From positions 352,001-416,000 of the forward strand of contig CAWDDT010000009.1 of NCBI GenBank assembly GCA_963801165.1: a DNA stretch of 64,000 bases. Reading direction: 5' to 3'. Of the stretch, positions 58,965 through 64,000 are shown one piece after another. The notes beneath the pieces were generated by a model. That model was not told the DNA's origin. It made no database searches and saw only the letters and a program-made list of their open reading frames with translations. The DNA is from an uncultured bacterium. Lineage in GTDB: Bacteria; Actinomycetota; Acidimicrobiia; Spongiisociales; UBA5794. The position numbers and the translations under genes were made by a program. The first letter of the stretch is position 1. The number at the start of each line of letters is the position of its first letter.

Positions 58965-59642
58965 ATGGTCGAAGCAGAATCAATCGCAAACGCCCGGCCG
59001 GGCGCAATCATCACAATCGGCAAGTACCCGCATACGGCCGCGGGGACGGACAGCACGCCGATTCAGTGGCTAGTCCTCGAGAACTCCGGCAGCGAGCTGC
59101 TCGTGTTGAGCAGGTACATCCTGGACTGCAGGCGCTATCACACTGAGTTTGCGGCCACTACATGGCGTGACTGCGACCTGCGGCGCTGGCTGCACGATGA
59201 GTTCTACGACGCCGTCTTCAGTGCTGCCGAAAAGCGGGTGGTCAACACCGCACACAACACAGACAACGGCGAGGGCAGCCCGGACACCGACGACAAGGTA
59301 TTCCTCCTTGGCGTCGCCGCGGTGCACCGGGCTACTCAGGAGCTCGGCAGCGACTTTCGACGCACCAGAGGGACCGAGTTCGCCAAAGTGGAGAAGGCGG
59401 ATGGCTGCCATCTGTACGTGATGGACAAGCACGTCGACGCCGACTACATAACCGAGGGCGGCACGAGGTATGGCTGCTCATGGTGGTGGCTGAGAGACCA
59501 AGGAAGGCTGAAGGAGAAGGGGAACGACCCGTCGCGTGCCGCATTTGTCGGCACACGGGCCAGCATCCGCTACTACGCCCGTGTCGATCTCAACCGCGAC
59601 GGCGTGCGCCCTGCAATGAGGATCGATCTGTCGAAGGGGTGA
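58965..59642 (+). CDS. DUF6273-like protein
   Basis: PIQWLVL, LVLSRYILD, W..CDLRRWL..F, DKVFLL, WWWLR, GVRPAM. Confidence 0.75.
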   Translation: MVEAESIANARPGAIITIGKYPHTAAGTDSTPIQWLVLENSGSELLVLSRYILDCRRYHTEFAATTWRDCDLRRWLHDEFYDAVFSAAEKRVVNTAHNTDNGEGSPDTDDKVFLLGVAAVHRATQELGSDFRRTRGTEFAKVEKADGCHLYVMDKHVDADYITEGGTRYGCSWWWLRDQGRLKEKGNDPSRAAFVGTRASIRYYARVDLNRDGVRPAMRIDLSKG

Positions 59643-59778
59643 GAGCCGTCGGGTTGCCTGCCGCCCTTGGTTGTCTCACTCCAGTCACGCGGACAGTACA
59701 TGCATCGGACATGTCGATCGACGTCCATCCCGTGTACGTCGTCTGTAGGTTGGTGGGACATGACCGACGGGATGACTG

Positions 59779-61803
59779 TTGATTGTATTCATTGCACACT
59801 TGCCGCTCGTCAGGATGGAGCGGGAGGATGATGTCCCGATGGGCCGAGGGGTGCTGACCAAGGTTCCGTGGGATCAGTACGACTCGCTGACCCTTGGTTC
59901 GTTCACCGACTGGAAACCCAGGTACGAGGCAGCCGACCCGGTCTTCTTCTGGTTCCAGGCCGACATCGATCTTCCTTTCGTGCATCCGGGTCCGGCACAA
60001 CAGGCCGGGATGATGGAGATGAAGCTGCCTCGGGCCACCTGGCGGGACACCCTGCCGGGTCTCGGGCTCGACGTGCTCAACGTGTTCCACGACCGATTTG
60101 TCGATCCGGTGTGGGCAGCCCTGGCGCTTGCGGCGCCGGCCGCGCTACCGGTAGATCCGCGGTCTTCGATCTCGTTTCTGATGCCGGCGGGTGGGCGGCA
60201 GCACATCGAGCTGTCGGGGGCCGAGTTCGAAGGGGTCCGCGTGCAGGGCGATGCCGACCAGGAGCTCGTGTTCCTCGCGGACGCTACGAGCACGCCGTTG
60301 ACCGATGTCGCTCTAGCCCGAACCGCCGAGCTGTGTGAGCTCACGGAGCGGGTCTTCACCGATGAGCCGGACTCCTCAGGTCTCATGCGCCGGCTGCTTG
60401 GTGTCAACGAGATCACCTTCGCACCACATGAACGGTCGCTGCTGGCGGTCACAGACCTCGAAGACCTTCTGCTGCCCGATGTGGTGGACGCCCCGGGCGA
60501 CACGCTCGCACGACGCGTGGCGAATCTGCTCGGTGGGGGCGAAGAGCGCCGCACCGTGTTGCGCGACATTGCTCGGAACGTGTACCGCCAGAGGAGCTCC
60601 GTAGTGCACGGCAACGCGGGCGCCGCGGCCCCTCCTGGCGACCTGCCCCCGGAGGCGGCGGTACAGCTGCTGGCGGGCGCGGTGCTGGAGCTGGCACGGA
60701 CCGGTGCCGGTGGTGATCCTTCGGTGGACCTCCTGGCCCGGCTGGACCAGGAACCAACGGGAACCGGCACCGTCGACATCGAGATGGAACCGGCGACGCT
60801 TGCCGCCGCCTACCGGCTCGGGCCGCTGCGACCGTGGTCGTCGGCCACCTGGTCGTCCTCAGGGAATCGAGGGGTCGGAGAAGACACGCTGTGGAGTTGG
60901 TCCCCGTTGATCGACCTCGGTCTCGATGGAGGGGTGGTTGTCGATAACGACCTGCCCATGACCCTGACTTCGATGGATGCCGAGGAGATTGTCAGCATGG
61001 AGGAGAAGGACATTCGCCGCGACTTCATCGCAAAGTTACGGCTCGAGGAGCCGGTTGCGGCTCTGGCGACCTCGGTCGGGCGGCAAGACGCCTTTGTCGA
61101 CGACGAAACGGTGGCGCTGCTCACGCGGCGTCGTGACCTGGCGGTCGCCGGGCTACGCATGTGCGGGTTTTCGGCGTTTATCGATCCCGAGCTGTTGGGC
61201 TGGTACATGTATCACGGCCTGATGCGCTCACGGAGGGAAACGGTGCTCCGCCAATCGGTCCTGATGGCCATGGGCACACCACCACCAGTGCGGGTAGGGC
61301 CCGGCGACGCGGGCGCGGTCCTCGGGTCATGGAAGCTTGTTGCCCGGTACGACGCCGAGGCGCGTGACCCCGCTATCGACAGAACGCTCGATCTCTACCG
61401 AAGAGCTCACGACCGGCGGTTCATCCCAACCGAGACCCGGGCGGTTCTGGCAGTCATCTGTCTCGAAAGCCTGCTGGGCGAGTTCCGCCCCAAGAAGTCG
61501 GGAATCCAGTTCGAGGACTGCGTAGGGGTGCTCGACGATGTCCCGCGAGAGGCAGTGGCATGGTGCACGAGCGAGGGGCGACAGTTCCGTAACCTGGTTG
61601 CCCATGGCTCGTGGCATCCCGAGCCCATCGAACAAGCGGAGATCGCGACGACCGATCACCCTCCCGTCGCCCATCTGTTGGCGATCACAGGCGCAGCAGT
61701 CCGCACGTTGTTGCCAATCTGGCTCGAGTCGGAGCCAAGGGTGCGGACATACCACGGTCCGAGCAAGCTGCTGGTGCGGGCAGTCGGCGAGCGGTTGGCA
61801 TGA
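59779..61803 (+). CDS. Tandem-HEPN (Apea-like) domain protein
   Basis: Two related halves, each with LAVxxLExLL followed by RxxxxH (RSSVVH aa 272-277; RNLVAH aa 604-609); TTG start uncertain. Confidence 0.7.
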   Translation: MIVFIAHLPLVRMEREDDVPMGRGVLTKVPWDQYDSLTLGSFTDWKPRYEAADPVFFWFQADIDLPFVHPGPAQQAGMMEMKLPRATWRDTLPGLGLDVLNVFHDRFVDPVWAALALAAPAALPVDPRSSISFLMPAGGRQHIELSGAEFEGVRVQGDADQELVFLADATSTPLTDVALARTAELCELTERVFTDEPDSSGLMRRLLGVNEITFAPHERSLLAVTDLEDLLLPDVVDAPGDTLARRVANLLGGGEERRTVLRDIARNVYRQRSSVVHGNAGAAAPPGDLPPEAAVQLLAGAVLELARTGAGGDPSVDLLARLDQEPTGTGTVDIEMEPATLAAAYRLGPLRPWSSATWSSSGNRGVGEDTLWSWSPLIDLGLDGGVVVDNDLPMTLTSMDAEEIVSMEEKDIRRDFIAKLRLEEPVAALATSVGRQDAFVDDETVALLTRRRDLAVAGLRMCGFSAFIDPELLGWYMYHGLMRSRRETVLRQSVLMAMGTPPPVRVGPGDAGAVLGSWKLVARYDAEARDPAIDRTLDLYRRAHDRRFIPTETRAVLAVICLESLLGEFRPKKSGIQFEDCVGVLDDVPREAVAWCTSEGRQFRNLVAHGSWHPEPIEQAEIATTDHPPVAHLLAITGAAVRTLLPIWLESEPRVRTYHGPSKLLVRAVGERLA

Positions 61804-63575
61804 AGGGAGCGACAGTGCCGGAGATCCAGGCGACGTCATGGTCCAAATCCGCTCAGGTCAACATATCCTCCGAGGAGCTGTGGGACCTGATGTGGCGCCC
61901 CGAGACTCAGCCTCGGTGGCTTGGTGAGGGGCCGGCGATCCGGCTCGAGCGCGACACGAGGTGTGCGCTGACCGACGAAGCGGGAATATGGCGGAGTGGG
62001 TACGTGGAGAAGATCCGGTCACCGTCTGGTGTGACCCTCCACATGGAGCCGCCGCCCGCCTGGGGAGATGCGGGACCGACGACCGTGCGGATCCGTATCG
62101 CGGCGATGGCGGAGCGCAAGAGCAGGGTCGAGATCGAGGAGGCCGACGTTCCTGCGGCGCGGGTTAGCGAGGTGGAGAGGTACTGGTCACGCCGGCTTGG
62201 TCTCATCAGAGCAATGGCGACCGCTGTGAATCGGAGGAGGGATCAGGTCAAGCAGGCAGTGGTCGTGATCCACGGTATCGGCGAGCAGCAACCAGGCGCC
62301 ACCCTCGCCTCCCTCGCTGCCAGCGGTGTTCTACCGCACGGGGAGGAAGGCGAGTCCATATGGGTGAAGCCCGACCGTGCCTCACACTCCTTCGAGCTAC
62401 GCAAGATGACGTACAAGGCGTCGTTCCAGAACCGATTGCCGAGTACCGACGTCTTCGAGTTCTACTGGGCACACACCATCCGGGACACAACCCTCGGACA
62501 GTTGGGCGCATGGATGCGGCGGCTGCTTCTTCGCCGGCGAGTCCCGCGTCCCTTGCGCCCGCTGTGGTTGATGTCGTGGGTGCTGATCATCGCCGCTGCC
62601 GCCATGGGGGTGGCAGTGTGGATCGGCGCGATCGACCTCTCGCGGTGGCTGGTGGGCGGGACTGCGCTCGTTGTGATCGTAGGTGCGGTGTGGAAGCTGA
62701 TCGGCCGTGGCCTGGCGCTCCAGGTTCTCGGGGACGCCGCCCGGTATCTGTTGCCGTTGCCGGGCAACATCGCACATCGTCAGGCCATAAGAGAGGCGGG
62801 GGTGGAACTGCTGGAGCGTCTCCACGACTCGGGAGAGTACGACCGCGTCGTCATTCTCGGTCACAGCCTGGGCTCGGTGATTGCATATGACATCGTCACC
62901 CACGCCTGGATCCGGATGAACACCCGACATCAGCGACCGCGGACCGCAAAGTTTGCGGAGCTGCGTGACGTGGAGCGAAGCGTGGCTGTCTCAGGCACGG
63001 AGGCCGCCCGGAAGTTGCAGCACGCCGCCTGGCGTAGGCAGCGGGCCAACACACAGCCATGGCTCGTCACGGATCTCGTGACAGTGGGGAGTCCTCTCAC
63101 CTACGCCGATTTGCTGATGGCGGCAGGGCCCGAAGCGCTTGCCGAGGCGAAGCGTGACCGGATCCTCCCCACCTGCCCTCCGGTGACGGAGCGGGAAGCA
63201 TCTACCGGTCACCTGCGGATGAGCTACGAGCGCCCGTTTCGCGACGCTCTTGGCGGCACCAAGCTGACCTTTACGCAGTTCCATCACGCGGCGCCGTTCG
63301 CCGTGACCCGGTGGACCAACCTCTATTTCCAGACCAAGTGGTTCGGGATCGCCGGGGATATCGTCGGCGGTCCGGTGGCCGGTTGCTTCGGCGACTGGGT
63401 GCGTGACGTTGCCTTGACCTCACCGGCGCACCGGTTCACCCACACCTGGTACTGGCGACCCGCGGGGGATTCTGCCCATCTGGCCGCGTTGCGTGATGCG
63501 CTCGCGCTGGATGGGCGCCCGGATCTAGTCGAGCTGTTGCGGGAGGTACCCGCCTACTCGCTGATTGGCAAGTGA
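61800..63575 (+). CDS. SRPBCC/Aha1-like domain fused to a membrane-inserted alpha/beta hydrolase
   Basis: EELWDLMWRPETQPRWLG N-domain; IHGIG, 2 TM, GHSLG, TVGSPL, GDIVG, THTWYW; ATGA overlap with the HEPN gene. Confidence 0.75.
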   Translation: MKGATVPEIQATSWSKSAQVNISSEELWDLMWRPETQPRWLGEGPAIRLERDTRCALTDEAGIWRSGYVEKIRSPSGVTLHMEPPPAWGDAGPTTVRIRIAAMAERKSRVEIEEADVPAARVSEVERYWSRRLGLIRAMATAVNRRRDQVKQAVVVIHGIGEQQPGATLASLAASGVLPHGEEGESIWVKPDRASHSFELRKMTYKASFQNRLPSTDVFEFYWAHTIRDTTLGQLGAWMRRLLLRRRVPRPLRPLWLMSWVLIIAAAAMGVAVWIGAIDLSRWLVGGTALVVIVGAVWKLIGRGLALQVLGDAARYLLPLPGNIAHRQAIREAGVELLERLHDSGEYDRVVILGHSLGSVIAYDIVTHAWIRMNTRHQRPRTAKFAELRDVERSVAVSGTEAARKLQHAAWRRQRANTQPWLVTDLVTVGSPLTYADLLMAAGPEALAEAKRDRILPTCPPVTEREASTGHLRMSYERPFRDALGGTKLTFTQFHHAAPFAVTRWTNLYFQTKWFGIAGDIVGGPVAGCFGDWVRDVALTSPAHRFTHTWYWRPAGDSAHLAALRDALALDGRPDLVELLREVPAYSLIGK

Positions 63576-63796
63576 GCTCGCAGGTATCACCCGAAGGCAC
63601 CGGGCCTTTTGCCCGACAAGCAGTGCTCGATACCTGCGAGCATCCCAAGAGTACCGGAGCCTTGGCGTGCTTGGAAGAACAGTAGGCGATCACGAGAGGC
63701 TGCGATGAAGGTGGCGATGTCGACGGTGGGAACGAGGACGTTGGCGCCCGCAGAGGTGGTAGTGCCGGCCACGGTGTCTTCTCGGTTGCCACTCCT

Positions 63797-63935
63797 CTTT
63801 CAGCCGCCGAACCGCTTGTGCCAAGTCGCCTCGCACCAGCTCCGCATTCCTGTCGACCCCACTCAGCGCGGTCGACACGACGTACTTCTTCGCCCGGTCG
63901 ATGGTCTTGGCGAACGGGATCTGCAACCCACCCAT
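63797..63935 (-). pseudogene. Fragment of a RibD-C/dihydrofolate reductase family gene
   Basis: PFAKTIDRAKKYVVSTALSGVDRNAELVRGDLAQAVRRLKEE, with no flanking parts of the domain. Confidence 0.65.
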
Positions 63936-64000
63936 CCAGGACGGTGCCGTTTAGTCGCCGTGAAGGCCTGCACTTAGTGCACGTAGGGTCGCAACGCCCC

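Noticed and set aside
59663-59675. 13-bp match GCCCTTGGTTGTC to 32276-32288
   Set aside because: Matches of this length are expected by chance in 64 kb
63620-63650. Weak similarity to island repeat A (CAGT..TCGA.ACC..GCATCC)
   Set aside because: Short, needs a gap and lacks the core dyad

Overview
High-GC bacterial chromosomal segment, most likely Actinomycetota. Acidimicrobiia is an inference from the heliorhodopsin, the Thr-rich lipoproteins, TipA, the many leaderless genes and the Glu-Asp-Phe tRNA cluster. The backbone is mostly housekeeping, stress and transport genes: WYL regulator/VOC pair, NatAB-like ABC transporter, TipA, lutABC, an osmoprotectant ABC transporter, a ClC channel, Hsp20, acs, dps-fur, phosphohexomutase, fbaB, pckA, two DivIVA-domain proteins, heliorhodopsin, serB-serA and an LCP protein. 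A ~9.5 kb island is integrated at the 3' end of tRNA-Phe (43-bp direct repeat at 23126-23168 and 32609-32651). It carries a truncated tyrosine integrase, AbiE and Doc toxin-antitoxin pairs, secreted proteins and a decayed S1 protease. Its cargo blocks are separated by diverged copies of a ~100-160 bp non-coding element with a palindromic core, suggesting a cassette array. Other leads: (1) a tandem-HEPN protein translationally coupled to an SRPBCC-membrane-lipase fusion (candidate defence system, 59779-63575); (2) a LexA-box-controlled uncharacterised gene plus a 51-aa peptide (54081-55072); (3) sigma28-like leaderless promoters on both DivIVA paralogs; (4) an identical ECF promoter in front of three unrelated lipoproteins; (5) a SoxR-like operator on an SDR/QueA-like operon; (6) a small metallothionein; (7) a probable CTG start for fur. 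All assignments come from reading motifs by eye; no database search was run.
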